NCBI RefSeq assembly: GCF_000400465.1
Contig: NW_008806285.1
Coordinates: 20,001 to 268,000, forward strand
DNA length: 248,000 bases
Reading direction: 5' to 3'
Source of the DNA: Wallemia ichthyophaga EXF-994
Taxonomy: Eukaryota; Fungi; Basidiomycota
The first letter of the stretch is position 1; every line of letters begins with the position of its first letter. Below are positions 1 through 14,051 of this stretch, piece after piece. A model generated the notes under the pieces. The model had not been told where the DNA came from, did not search any database, and saw only the letters and a list, made by a program, of their open reading frames with translations. A program made the translations under genes and the position numbers.

Positions 1-2018
1 GACGCTACGTTCTCAAAGGTGGGCTCAGTTGTCGATTCATTCAAAATACTAATAATCTTAATCAGATAGACAAGATTGATCCAAAGTACTTCTGTCATTC
101 AAAGCGTCTGGATATCTCAGATGAAACAAAGATAAAAGCTGACAAAAGTGAATCTGATGCCTACTACAACGAAAACTCTAAAGAAGGTGAGACAATCATT
201 TCCGTTTGTGCGAGTTAGCTAACACACTCAAGACAAACCTGTCAACTTTATTAGCGAAATTTTCTACTTGTGTCTTGCATTCCATTACCTCGGCTATCAC
301 TGTGCGCAGCGTCAATCAGGCAGTCTTAAAAAGCACATTGATATGGTTGAGCCTCAGCTCAAATCTCAGAGAGAGCAACTTTTGAATGACCCTCGCTTTG
401 CTCCAGGTACACCGGGTAGAATGTTTGCAGAGAAGCAGCTCGAGAAACAAGAAGTTTTACTCAAGGAACGCAAAGCTGCTGTTGCTTCTTCATGGATTCA
501 ACTAGATGATCCTTCTTCGATGTACAGAATCTTGGGATTCTACTCGTTCGCGACTACTTGGATTGTGAGATTCGTAGATCCATCCCATCAACATCCTCAA
601 AAGCTCATCAGCTTACCACTACCCGAAGAAATTCCAATCGAGTTCAAGATGTTGCCCGAATACATCTTAGAATCTACAGTCGATTTCTTCATTCAATTGA
701 CAAGGCATCAGCCACATCTTCTTGAAAGCTCAGGTAAAGAAGAATTGATGAATTTCTTGGTCACCTTTGTCTGTACTCCAAAGTATATTGGAAATCCATA
801 CAGTCGCAACAAGATAGTTGAAATCATGTGGAATGGTACTCACCCATATGGGTACTCAAGAAGCGGTGTATTGAGTGACAGCATCAACTACCATAAACTC
901 TCATTAGAGCATTTGATGCCATCACTCATGTCATTCTATATTGATGTCGAACGCACAGGTGTCTCTAGTCAATTTTACGACAGATTAAATGTTCGCTACA
1001 ACATCGCCAGACTTCTTAAAGTGATTTGGAACAATCCAACACATCGTGACAAACTCAAACAAGATACAATGAATAGCGAAAAGTTTGTCAGATTTACTAA
1101 TTTGGTTATGAACGACTCAACGTATTTATTGGATGAAGCTTTGGGTAAGTTGGCATCAGTAAGACACTATGAAGATGAAATTGCGTCACCTGGATTCTCG
1201 AACAAGCCTGATAATGAGAGAGAGGAGATGGTACAATCGTTGCAAGAGTCAGGTAGAGCTGCCGGTAGCTATATTGCTTTGGGTGGAGAATCAGTCAGAT
1301 TACTCAAGTCTTTCACATCAGAAGCCAAAGCTGCCTTCATGGCACCAGAGATTGTTGACAGATTGGCAGCAATGCTTTGCTACAACCTCGATGCATTAGC
1401 TGGTCCACGCTGTCAAGAGTTGAAAGTAAATAATCCCGAAAAGTATGGATGGAGACCTAGACAACTTCTCAATGATATTATTGACATATTTATTAATCTA
1501 CACGATTGCAAGGAGTTCGTTGAGGGTGTTGCAAAGGATGGCAGAAGTTACTCAAAGGCACTGTTTGAACGTGCAGCCGGCATTCTCAGGCGCAAAGCTA
1601 TTAAGACTGATCAAGAGGTAGACCTAATGGCTCGATTTGTCAGTCACGTTGAGCAAGTCAGAGCTGAGATGATGGAAGAGGATGAGGCTGATATTCCAGA
1701 AGAATATCAAGGTAAGTCTGAATTAAATAATCGACTTAAATAACACATATCTTAGACATGATTATGGCGACACTTATGCGCGATCCAGTCATCTTGCCTG
1801 GCTCAAACGCTGTACTGGACAGATCAACAATCAAGAGTCATTTACTTTCTGACAGTACAGATCCATTCAACAGATCGCCACTAACAATAGATCAAGTAGA
1901 GCCACACACCCAACTCAAAGCAGAAATAGACGACTGGGTGGCCAAACGCAGACAGGCTAAATTAGATGAGATGACAAAAGCTACAAATGCCAATGATGTA
2001 TTACCACCACAGAATTGA
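1..2018 (+). CDS. UFD2: Ubiquitin conjugation factor E4 (U-box), 5' truncated by window
   Basis: UFD2 core plus C-terminal U-box (MRDPVILP...[19 protein letters not shown]); multi-exon. Confidence 0.92.
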
Positions 2019-2393
2019 ATGATGATAAATGAAATTTCTACATTCCAAGCATTTTAGTTAGTGAAAATTATCACATGCCACCTAGCCATAAGGAAGGTAT
2101 TCAAATGAAAGAATCTAGTTAGTGTGATCTCATCTTTGACGATGGAGTATTCATACCCTTGTCTTAACTAGTTTTAGCACGCGTTTGAGTTTAGCAGTCT
2201 TTAAAGATGTTCAAATAAGCCATCTTCAAACCTCATCTTCATCTTCACGCTCATTCAATCTTTAATCTAAGCCTTCTCTTTAGACTATCATCCAAAGACT
2301 TTCTTATAAGTTCATTTGTCAAGTCACTCGTTACAGCAAAGACAAGTAAATAGTGAAGCGATTCGTATCTCTTTATAACGTAAAATAAAAGCG

Positions 2394-4104
2394 ATGTCCA
2401 ACAAATTAATGAAGAAGCAAGTGAGTTTCAATGTTGAGTGTTGGCTTGATTATGTCTGACTATCATAGGTTGCCGGCACCGCTGGATCAGCAGTCGGCAC
2501 TACAGCAGGTGGAGGAGGTAGTGGCTCATACAATGATGGATCCTACCACGGTGTTGGTGCACAAAGCGGCCCAGCTGCAGGTGCTGGCACAGGCGCTTCG
2601 ACGGGCTCAACAACTGGTGCTCAATCTGGAGCAGCTGGCATCGGTCCAGGTCCAGCTGCAGGTGGAACCACAGGCAAGGCTACAGGAGGTACCACAGGAT
2701 CAACAACTAGCGGATCATCAGGATCATCAAGCGATACTGACACAACTAGCTCTTCCAGTAGCTCAGATACGGATGATCCAGCAGATTCATCAAAGGCCCC
2801 TGTTACAGCCGGTAGCACCAACTCTGGCGTCAAGCAGCCAGCTGACGATCCACCTGCCAATGAGGATGAAACACCAGACAATGAGATCACGATACCAGAC
2901 GATGATAAACCAACTGAAAGTGAAAAAGACGCATCCGAGTCTATCACTAACTCAATCGTCCACTCTATGTCCTCTTCATCACAGTCAGCTTCTCCAACAG
3001 CAACACCGTCCATGTCTGCATCGGAGGAGGAAAAAGACGAAGATGACAACAAGGGTTTAAAGATCGCTTTGCCTATCATCCTTGGTCTATTGTTTATTCT
3101 GTTCTTGATCTGGGTTGGTAAGCGTGTCGTCAAGAAGAAGTTTGCTGGTAAAAAGAACAAGCCAACAAACATCGACTTCAATGATGCCGCTAAAAGTCAA
3201 GAAACACTTGATGAGGTGAGTTTCTATTTTGTTGATAATTGTCTTACTAATCTATGTTTCGCAGAAATCACCATTGCCTCCACCAGGATTTGCAGGCGCT
3301 GGTGCACCATTGTTAGACCGTAGGGGAAGCACTCATTCATCATACAATGGTGCTCCTCCATTGATGCATGCCAACTCAACAGGCAGCCACGGCGATTACT
3401 TGAGTGCATACAACCCTAACATGTCAACATACAGCTTTAACAACCTTGGTGGACAAAGACGTCAGGCATCGCCAGTTCCTCCATATGGTCAACACCCACA
3501 CAATGGAATGTCGAGATCAATGTCAACTAACTCATACCAAAACGGTCCACCACCACCACAACCACAAAGACCTGGTCCACCACAGTCTAACCCATCAGCA
3601 CCACATTTGCCTGCACTAGCTATACCTGATCCGGAATTGATTCCACTCCCAAGTCCACCACCAAGCGTTTACTCAATGAACCAAATACCAAGCTCACCTC
3701 CAAGACCTGACCAGCAACAACAGTTCAGAGACCCATTCAGAGATCCACCACATAGACAGCAAACAAACAGATCATCCATTGTACCACCCTTACACATCAG
3801 ACCACCGGGCGCAGTCAGAGCTAGGGTATCATTCAAGCCTACTGCCGGTGATGAGCTCTCCATACAGAAGGGAGAGGATGTACAGGTCATCAAGAGATTC
3901 TCTGATGGATGGGCTGAAGTTAAGGCATTGGCTAGTGGCAGAACGGGAGTAATTCCGTTACAGATTCTGGATGACCAGCCTACTACGCCAATGAGCTACG
4001 GACCTCAATCATCCAACAGCTCCCCAAGTAACTATCAAGCGCCTTCTCAGTCCATGTCTCAGCCTCAAGGCTTCCCATCTGCACCGCCATCCAACTTTCA
4101 ATGA
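2394..4104 (+). CDS. Single-pass membrane protein: Gly/Ser/Thr-rich ectodomain, TM helix, Pro-rich tail, C-terminal SH3
   Basis: TM IALPIILGLLFILFLIWVG; SH3-like ARVSFKPTAGDELSIQKGE...GWAEV...GVIP; start approximate. Confidence 0.7.
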
Positions 4105-4302
4105 GCTAAATTCTTTTTGACTTGTTATTCTAATAAATTAATTATATTATAAATAATTACATGTTTCACTAGCGCGAGTTTTCTGAGACCGAATGTAGAA
4201 TTTATCTACTTATACAACAATAAGATAAATGAAAAAGCATTTGAAAAGCTTCCTTGATGTAAATAATTTGAAGTGGATATCTGATATTACTAGTATCTGC
4301 GC

Positions 4303-5246
4303 CTATAATATTTCTGCCTCTTTGTCGGAGAATAAGTAATCAAAGTAGGCTCTATTCTCATCAACGTTGATGTCTGCGTCCTCGAAGTTGGCATCATTAA
4401 TATCAGGATCTCTATTTAGTTTGTTTACTGGTGAGTCGAATCTTGGCATGATTTTGTTAGATTTGCTAGTGACACCACGTGGTTGTAAAGTAGAGTTCTG
4501 TGATTGCCACAAATAGTTGAGTGATTCGACGCCTTAGCTTTCTCACCGACTCCGTTGTCAATGTCGTAGAACTGACCAAAATATCTTCCAGCTTGAGTAG
4601 TGACACCAACAATAGATACTGAGACATCTGCATGATCTTCAAGCCATACTCCTAGCTTGTCTCGGAGAAACTCAGACACGTAAGAGCTGAACGTAATTTG
4701 AGAGGGGAACTCAACAACGTAAATCGTCGACTGGGTAAGATTTGGACATCCTCTGATCATTATTGATGGCTATTCACCTTCGTTTTCCATAAACATTACT
4801 CTAAGAATACCAAAAGAAAGCACAGTAATGTTCTCTCGATTGAAGGGAAACCCCTCACCAAATTATTTTCGCTGTTTAAGTAAGTAAGCTTATTGATGTT
4901 TAAGTTCATGATTGATGAAGTGATTTCCTCAATTTGGTCCAGGCGCCGTCGTTCGTGATGTTTTTTACGTAGTCGGTGTAGAGATACTGCTAATTGATTT
5001 CATTTCATACAGCTTGTAATTAGTGTTTGCCACATTTTTGAGAAATTCAAAAATTGCAGCCGCATCCTCCTTTTCGATCAAGCACTTTAAGCGTCTCAGT
5101 TTGAAGTGGGGTCTGATGACGACATTACTATATCTTTGAGGTACATCGAACCTGACAAGCTCGGAACATAAGCGAGATAAAGCAGACAAGGAGCTCTTAT
5201 CGAGGAAATCCATGATCATCAGCTTGATTTCATTGGGTAACGCCAA
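4303..5246 (-). CDS. F-box-like protein (possibly degraded)
   Basis: LPNEIKLMIMDFLDKSSLSALSR F-box-like N-terminus; downstream ORFs fragmented. Confidence 0.5.
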
Positions 5247-6470
5247 ATATTTGAATCCTTCGATGGACCACTTCTGCTTGCGCCTTCCTCTATTTGAATC
5301 GCTTTTAGCCTTCGTTGGTTTTGCTTTGCTAGTTGCCTTCTTCTATGGTAGCATGGAGGTGGTGACTGCCTACAAACAAAGAGCGAGGGCTCATCGATTG
5401 GGTGGAAGATATGAAAATCAGAGTGTAGGAGCATTTGAGTAAATATTTTTAAAAACCGAATTGCTGCTATCGTAAAATTGCCGAATCTTACTTCTTTGAG
5501 TCTTTGCCCACTTATCTAAATGCAACCAGTAAAGAAGAATCCATCTGTACAAAATTCCTATAGCATTGGTTTGAAATGTTGTTGAGTATACGCCTATCTT
5601 GTCCACTTGCTCTCCTAAATTTTTCTTTCAGGGTCCGCTCATCGGCTTACCAATTTATTTGGTCCTAGGCCGAGATCGACGATAATTGACAAGAGAGACC
5701 ATAAGAACTCACACAAATGCTTCGGGGACTACTTGGAGCTGCTTTCAGCGACATATCGACAGCTAATAACATCACAGAGATCCCTTTTGCAAGGAAATAT
5801 ACTTGTCTGACATCTTTGTTCCAAAATCTAAGATTAGACTCCCACCTCCCTTTCGAAAAGCTCAATGTTGAAATATATTTCTATTTTCGCAGGATCGACA
5901 ATGTGTTTTCCAAACTGCTCAGATTTAAGACATTGAAAGCTAAAATTTCTAACGAAAGGGACTTGGAATAATTGCATGAGCATGTATAGTTCAAATACGT
6001 GGTACTAATCATCACTCAGTATTGAATATTCGACTTCATGGGTGAACTGCTTGGTGGATTATTTTCAAACGCGTCAAACATCCTCGTTGTGGTCTTACAA
6101 CACAAGATATGCCCACTATCATTGAATGTGATATACACAGTAACAACAGCAGCAAAATGCGATTACTCGTTGTTCGGCGTCCATGCCATTGCTTCAAAGT
6201 GTGAGATTGCGCATCTAATTTACCACTTAGACACTTAAAAATGTTCTACAATGATGGCACATCCAATAAAAAAAAACTGACAAATACAGACTCCTCAGTT
6301 ATGAGATCTTCATAATAAGCATTAAACCTTGAACACAATCCTATGTTGAGTCAGATTGTGTATTCCGTTCCAAGGATTTCCGGAAATTAGAAAAGCAACA
6401 ATGCCGCACCCAATATCACTAATTACGTTTGTACAACTCTTACAATTTGAAAAAATACATAATCTCTATC

Positions 6471-8183
6471 TTACAATGGCAGCACGTCATTCGCATTGAC
6501 ATGACGAAGCGGATCATCCTCATCGAGTTTGACCAGCCTCTGCGCTTCAATATCTTCAGCTGTGACTTTACCACCGTCGACTTTGGCTGCTTCTTCCTCT
6601 AATTCGACTCTGCTTAGTTTGTTCTCCTTTCTTCTTCGCTCACGATCGACTGCTATCTTGAGTTTATCGTTATCCAAATCACCCAGTGCTTGTGGGTCTT
6701 TTGTAAATCCGTACTTATTGCCATCTCGCTCTGCCCTGCCCTTCAAATCAGCAGTACCAGCAGCAATCTTGTCTTTGTGCTGATCTGCGAGTGATTTCTG
6801 CGGTTTAGATGCTTCCTCAATCTCGTGTCTGGAGAAGGTCGTCTTGGCAGCCTCTTTGCCTGCTTCGCCCTGGCAGTATGATGTGTATATCGTTGAGTGA
6901 CAGCACTTGTATCCCCAAGATTTACTTTGCACACTAAACCACGAACCGAACACTGAGCTGTGATTTCCAGGGAAGACTATAATTGGTTAGAGAGATATCA
7001 TAGTAAAACATTTTAACGCACCATCCTCCTCGTATTTAGATTTGGCAACAGCCCTCTCCTTTCCTTTAAGTAGCTGACCAGATCTCGAATACTCAACATA
7101 CTCATCGGTCTGACCCAAGCGAATCTCTCTCGGTATATTAGACGCACTGAGGTACTCTTCACCTCCGTATCTGTTGAGCATGCTATTTTTGTGCGTATCC
7201 TTGATTTCTTCTTTCTTCACCTTGAATGCACCATGAGCCATTTCAGTGGCTGTTGGATTGGCTTGAACGTGCATATCATGTCCACGGCTTGCAGACTGCC
7301 ATGCAAAGAGTTGTGTGTTTTGTATACCGGCAGCATCACCACTATCTCTGACGTAATTTTCACCAGCGAACGCACTATCTTCAGGCTTAACGTCGGAATG
7401 AGGAGCCTCTCTCATAGATCTAGTTTTTGGATCATAATGTGCCGATTCGATATCTAAATTCATCAGGTATTTCGCTGTATCTTCTCTTATACGCAGATTT
7501 CTAACCGTGATCCGGTTATTAGCGTCGACGTTCTGACCGACAGCGTCAGCATTATCAGCGTATTTATCCTCATCATCTTCGTCTTCATCTGAGCTACCGA
7601 ACTCATCCTTGATCTTCTGCTTGCCTGCGTCAACGACTTTTTTGGCCGCGGAAATGCTATTCTGCTTATCAAGCTCATCTTCTTGAATACGTCGCCGTTC
7701 ATCCTCAACGGCGGCATATTCTTCAACGACTCTTTTATGTGAAGATGGATCATAGCCGTTCCATCTATCTCTTTTAGCGTCGAAATCGGTGGCAATGTCA
7801 TGTACGACATCATCCGCTTGAGTGACGCTGTTAGTTTTATTAGCACCACGTTTCCGGGGCCTCTCAACGCAATCCTTCTTAGAGTGACCCATTGCACCGC
7901 AATTCTCACAAGCGCCTTTCCTAAAACGCTGGGCTTTGTAGCCTTTGGCAGAACGATCGTACCACTTGTTAAGTTTATCGGCAGAGCTGTCGTACTCTCT
8001 ATTGAGACGCTGGTGACCAAGACCAGGCTTGCCCGTGTCCATGTACCAAGGAGCTTGTGATATGTATTGTGGGATGTGAGGATTGATTGGTTTTCCATCC
8101 TCGTCGAGCTCTGCGGGAGCTGTGCCTGCTTTGCGTGCCTCTTCGAGCTCACGCTTCTTTCTAAGCTCCTCACGCGCGGACAT
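6471..8183 (-). CDS. SLU7: Pre-mRNA splicing factor Slu7
   Basis: NPHIPQYISQAPWY, zinc knuckle CENCGAMGHSKKDC, WGYKCCHS. Confidence 0.95.
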
Positions 8184-8211
8184 TGCAGTTGTTGGTGGTT
8201 AAAGGCAAACG

Positions 8212-9827
8212 ATGAAGCTGCTGAAAAAGTACATAGAAAGGGACAAGTCTGTGAGTAATTACTGTATTGTGATTGGTTTATTTAAATAGCTCATCTTATT
8301 AGGGCTGGGTAACGCTCCTCCCTGAAGAAGTACGCCTGATATCCAGTCTACGCAGAATTCTGATATGACGCAGGACGAAGACCTTTGGCATTGCTACAAT
8401 CTTATTGGACCCGGCGACCAAGTCAGGGCTGGTGCGATAAGGTGTGTACTGTTGTGACTCCCACTGCCACCGACTCTCATTCTCACTCAACTTAGACGTG
8501 TAGTGAATACATCGTCCACCGGCTCTACGGATTCCCAGCGCGTTAAACTCACGCTGACTATCGAGGTCGAGAAAACGTTCTTTAGTCCTTCTGCAACGTC
8601 CACCACGGAATCCACCCCAGGCACATCCAACCAACCACCACAGAATGCTCAGCTTCAGTTGTCTGGACGCGTTACAAGTGAGAATCCACACGTTAAGCTC
8701 GGTGCTTTCCATACGCTTGATTTGGAGTCGATGAGGGACTTCAAACTCGGCAAGGGGCCGGATGGTTGGGATAGTATCAATCTACAGCGAGTTGAGGAGG
8801 CTAGTGCGGAAGGTGCTGGCGCAGAAGTTGCTGCTGTACTCGTTGGAGAAGGTGGGTGTCTTTTCTCCCACTTTTAGTTGCCAACGCCAAGTGAAACAGG
8901 CAACGCTGCCATTTGTTTGCTCACCAATCATATGACGGTGGTTAAGCAGCGTATTGATGCACAGATTCCACGTAAACGAAAAGGCATGTCTTCAGCCCAT
9001 GAGAAGGTTTGTCCTCTTTTCTTGTCTTTCATCCCATATCTCAACAAATCAAGGCAACGGAAAAATTTCATGAACAGCTCGCAGCTGCATTCAGTAAACA
9101 TATCCTTCCTCTCAGTACAAACCTTCGCGTTATTTTATTCGCAGGTGCTTCATTTGCCAGAGACTCCTTCGTCAAAACTCTCCTAGACAATGCACAACAC
9201 AATGGCGACAAGAGCATTCTGACACTTCGACCCAAGTTTTTAAAAGTTAACACTGGCTCAGCGAATGTACATGCTCTAAACGAGGCTCTTAAAAGTCCTG
9301 AAGTTGCAAACCAGCTGAAAGATACTAAATTTGCACGTGAGGGTATGATGCTTGATAAGTAGGTCAGTGTTAATTTGATGGGCCACTCCTAATCATAAAT
9401 TAAGGTTCAATAAGATGCTAATCACTGATGAGAACCGCGCTTGGTATGGCCCTGACCACGTCCAGAAAGCTATAGACAGAGGTGCAGTGGGCACACTTCT
9501 AATCTCTGACTCACTCTTCAGGTGGGTGTGCGTTACTGCTCTCATAACTTTTTAACCTCAACAGATCACAAAACGTTGCTGAAAGGAAGCGCTTCGTTAG
9601 GATGGTTGAAGATGTTAGGGGTTTAGGTGGTACTGAGGTGTTAATTTTTAGTGCAATGCACGAATCAGGACATAGTGAGTGTTTTTTCCAGTGCTTTTTT
9701 TTTGCTAACGGATTGTCAAGAACTTGATCTCTTGTCGGGTATTGCTGCACTGTTGACTTACCCACTCGACATAGAAATGGTGGAATTAGAAGAAGAAAAC
9801 GAGAAAGCTGAAGATAAGCAACACTAG
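8212..9827 (+). CDS. DOM34: Ribosome rescue factor Dom34/Pelota
   Basis: [13 protein letters not shown] first exon; GAFHTLDLE; AWYGPDHV; many introns. Confidence 0.9.
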
Positions 9828-10002
9828 TTACTATAAAGCGCTTTTCTATATTTTAAGATGTACGATGGACTCTAATTAGTAGTACAAATAAAGTATGCAA
9901 ACAAAAGTACATTGCATTGAGTTTACGAAGAGCTTTATGTAATACAACCAAATTAAATTTGAGAAAGAGGAAGAGAAGATATTTTACTGCTATTGTGCCA
10001 GC

Positions 10003-11209
10003 TTAAGCTTGTTGAGTTTGTTGGAGTGGAGAAGGAGCAGCTTGGATTTTGTTTTCGTAGGTGTCTTCGACATTCTCATAAGGTCTCATTGGTTGAAGGC
10101 CCCACTTTTCAAACAGCTCAGCGTCCTGATCTTTCTCGACACCGTCTGTAGTAAGCATGTAGCCTGAGAAGATGGCATTAGCACCTGACATGAAACACAT
10201 TGCTTGTTCAGCATCAGTAAACATCTTTCTTCCTGCTGCTATTCTGACAATTGACTTTGGCATGACGATTCTAGCTGTTGCGATCGTTCTGACGACCTCC
10301 TCAACTGCAACCGGGGTGTTGTTTTCCAATGGTGTGCCCTTTATTGGAACGAGTGCGTTGACAGGGAAAGACTCTGGATGTTCAGGGAGACGGGAGAGTT
10401 CCCAGATCAAACCAACCCTGTCATCTTGCTGCTCACCAAGACCGAGAATACCACCTGAGCAGACGCTGATTCCTGCGTCTCTGACATTTGAGATAGTGCT
10501 CAACCTGTCATCGTATGAACGAGATGTGATGACCTGGAATTTTATTAGATAAAGCAACGTAAACGCGCAAGCCACTAACCTCCGGGTAGTATTCTCTTGA
10601 AGTGTCTAAGTTATGGTTGTATGCAGTGAGGCCGGCATCTTTCAAAGCTATAGCTTGCTCAGACGAGAGCATACCAAGCGTGGTGCAGACTTCCATACCC
10701 ATACCCTTGATCTCCCTAACCATGGCCAAGATTCTATCGAAACCACGCTTGCGACCGCCTACATCTCTCCAAGCTGCGCCCATACAGAAACGGGTAGAAC
10801 CCGCATTTTTAGCGCGCTTAGCTTCTTGAATGACAGGATCTAAAGCGAGTAGCTTTCCAGCCTCAGTGCCAGTACTGTATCTGCTAGACTGAGAGCAATA
10901 GCTACAGTCTTCTGAACAACCGCCAGTTTTGATGTTCATAAGAGTGCACAGCTGAACCTTTCCAGGCTCGTGGTACATGCGGTGTACGCTGGCTGCTCTG
11001 TAAACCAATTCGAGGAGAGGCTGTTGGTATATAGCCTGGATATCATTCCTATTCCAGTCATTGCGTATATCACCATCCTTGTGCTCCTTCGAGCTATTTA
11101 CTGGTCCGTTGGGGGTAAATGGATGGGGATTGAGTTGAGTTGCAAGGCTTCTCGACTGAACTAGTATTTTAAATTGCTGGCGTGGCTTGAATAGGTGCTT
11201 GTTGATCAT
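10003..11209 (-). CDS. BIO2: Biotin synthase (radical SAM)
   Basis: CSEDCSYCSQS motif, RFCMGAAWRD, YNHNLDTS, ESFPVNALVPIKGTP. Confidence 0.95.
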
Positions 11210-11367
11210 TTTCTTTTCTTTCTTTTCTCGGTGATGGCCGTCTAGCGTCAACGATAAGCCATCGCAACTTTCCGGCACACTCAAAATCCGATCGAAGGAC
11301 TTTTAGGGACAGCGGCTTTTTCGGAATCAACTGGACTATTAAACATTAGATATCGGATATATTCAAC

Positions 11368-14006
11368 ATGCCTCACTTATACAGACACTTGCGAGTTAAT
11401 CAGATATTTGGTGCGTGCCAGTGAGCAGACTGAAAGTGCAGCAACTCACAGCCATCCACGCAGGCGCTAACACCGACGTTGGCAAGACTCTCATCACAAC
11501 TGCTCTTGTCTTGGCAGAATCGCAGCGAACGAAGAACAACATCTTCTATTTGAAGTAAGTTGCTATTTGCTGGAGTTTGGCACATTCTCATTCTCCCAAA
11601 CAGACCTGTCAGTACTGGTCCTGCTGCTGATCAAGACGACGCGTGGGTACTTTCCATTTCGGCGGAGTGTTTGTTGACTCCCGCTCAGTTTTCTCCAGCG
11701 CTTCTCTAATAACGACAGAATACACAACCACACTCTCTTTCGCTACAGTGATCCCGTCTCTCCTCACTTAGCCGTTAGCAGAGAATCCGCAACCCAAAAA
11801 CCTCCGTCCGATAAGGATTTTGCAACCTCAATTGGAAACTACATTAGCAGCAAAGCCAGTCTAAACAACTCTCACTCTCTTTACGTCGAAACTGCGGGTG
11901 GTGAGTTTCCGGTGATTTTCCGAGGCTGCATGTTGATATTGAGACACAGGCGTACACTCTCCAACTTTAACTGGAACCAGCCAAGCTGATGCTTACAGGT
12001 CATTGCTGTGAGGCTTTTTCCCTCTCGTCTTGCTCTATCTAACAACACCGGCAAGTCTCCCTACCATCCTCATAGCCTCGTCGCATTTGGGCGGAATCAG
12101 CACTACTTTAGCTGCCTATGAGAGTCTGCATATGCGAGGCTATAGCGTAGAAGCGATCCTTGTATTTAGGGAGGAGTACTACGCCAACTACCAATACCTC
12201 AGTGATTGGGGACGGGAGAGAGGCGTGCATGTCGCAGTGATAGATCAACCACCGTCCAAAGACAGCAATGCATTAAATGACCAGGAAGCACTCCAAGCAT
12301 ATTTCAGCAGTCTGTCTAACGGCGACGGTGCAGTGTTGAGCACACTCGACGAACTCGACACACGCCACAAGAAGCGCATTGAGGAAATCAAGACAATGCC
12401 ACAACGCACACTAGACAGTATTTGGTATCCGTTTGCTCAACACTCCCACATCAAATCCGCTGAGCAGATCGGCGTTATCGACAGCGCACATGCTGACCAC
12501 TTCGATGTTCACAGACCAGCGTCTGCGTCTCAGGATCTACTACAACAAGATTTCGACGGAAGTGCTTCTTGGTGGACGCAGACACTCGGCCACGGTAACG
12601 TTACACTCGCTCTGGCTGCTGCACATGCAGCTGGTCGGTACGGTCATGTGCTTTTACCTGGACACACGCACAAACCTGTACTGGAACTTTGCGAAAAACT
12701 CCTCAAAGGCCCGGGTAGCGGGTGGGCTAACAAGGCTTTCGTTACTGATAACGGTAGTACCGCTATGGAGGTAGCCCTTAAAATAGCCCTCCGAGCTTGC
12801 TCGAAGAAGTATGGTGCTGCGAATAGAGGCGTGCTCGGATTGAGCGGTAGCTACCACGGTGACACTATCGGTAGTATGGATGCTTCTGAGCCATCTGTAT
12901 ACAATAACGCAGTCGAATGGTATTCCCCAAGAGGCGGTTTCTGGTTTGATTCACCGCTCATCAAGTACAAGAGTGGAGAGATAGTTCTGAAGGGCGCAGT
13001 AAGTATGGGCGTACCAAAGGGTGCTGCTGTTGATGGCGATTATTGGGAGATGGCTATCTCTGACTCTATCGCTGGTGCTTATGGCGTAGAGGAGCGTTTA
13101 AAAACGACTCTGACTGTTTTTTACAGAGATTCCATTCAAAACACTCTCGAAAGGCTCGTCGAAGAAGGCAGACACTTCGGTGCACTCGTCATGGAACCAC
13201 TTGTTATGGGCGCAGGAGGTATGCTCTGTGTTGATGTGAGTTGGTTTTACGTCTAATACTTCCATCTTACACAATTTAAGCCGCTGTTTCAGCGTGTACT
13301 CGTTGATACAGTGCGTGACAACGAAGAGCTATTCGCCAACCAAGCTGGCGATGCATACGTTCAAGGACAGGACTGGCAGGGATTACCGGTTGTTTTCGAC
13401 GAGGTGTTTGCGGGTCTATACAGACTCGGCCAGCAAACTCCGTTGTCTATAATCGGCACCCACCCAGATGTATCCGCTTATGCCAAGATATTGTCTGGCG
13501 GGATTGTACCGCTTTCTACAACATTGGCAAGACAGAGTCTGTTCGACAACTTTTTAGGGGAGGAGAAGAAAGAAGCGCTGTTACACGGCCACTCATATAC
13601 CGCCCATCCTATTGGGTGCGCTGTTGCGAATGCGTCGTTGGATGAGATAAACAAGTTAGCAGAGAGTGATGAATGGCATGCATCGAGAGTTGCATGGGGC
13701 AGTAATACCGAGAGCGGTGCTTGGAGCTTATGGACCCCTGAGGCTGTGGAAGTGCTATCACACCTCAACAACGTCGATGGCGTCGTCGCTTTGGGTAGCG
13801 TGTTGATAATACATCTCAAGTCATCAGGCAAAGGATATGAGAGTTCAGAAGGACAGCGTTTTCTGGCGTCGCTGGCTAGCGAAGGTATCCACTCCAGACC
13901 TCTTGGTGATACGGTCTACTTTATGGCCAGCTTGAACACATCCAAGGAGGCGATAGAGGATATCCAAAACAAAGTGATTCATGGGCTTGAAAAATTTGAT
14001 GTTTAA
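11368..14006 (+). CDS. BIO3-BIO1: Bifunctional dethiobiotin synthetase / DAPA aminotransferase (bioDA)
   Basis: GANTDVGKT P-loop exon; DGSASWWTQ; DEVFAGLYRLG; HGHSYTAHPIGC. Confidence 0.92.
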
Positions 14007-14051
14007 TAAGGATTGATTTGCTTTTATAAATGTACCTGACTGACGTTGAGA

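Noticed and set aside
5263-5442. 59-aa ORF with a hydrophobic segment
   Set aside because: No homology recognised; could be chance next to the F-box gene.
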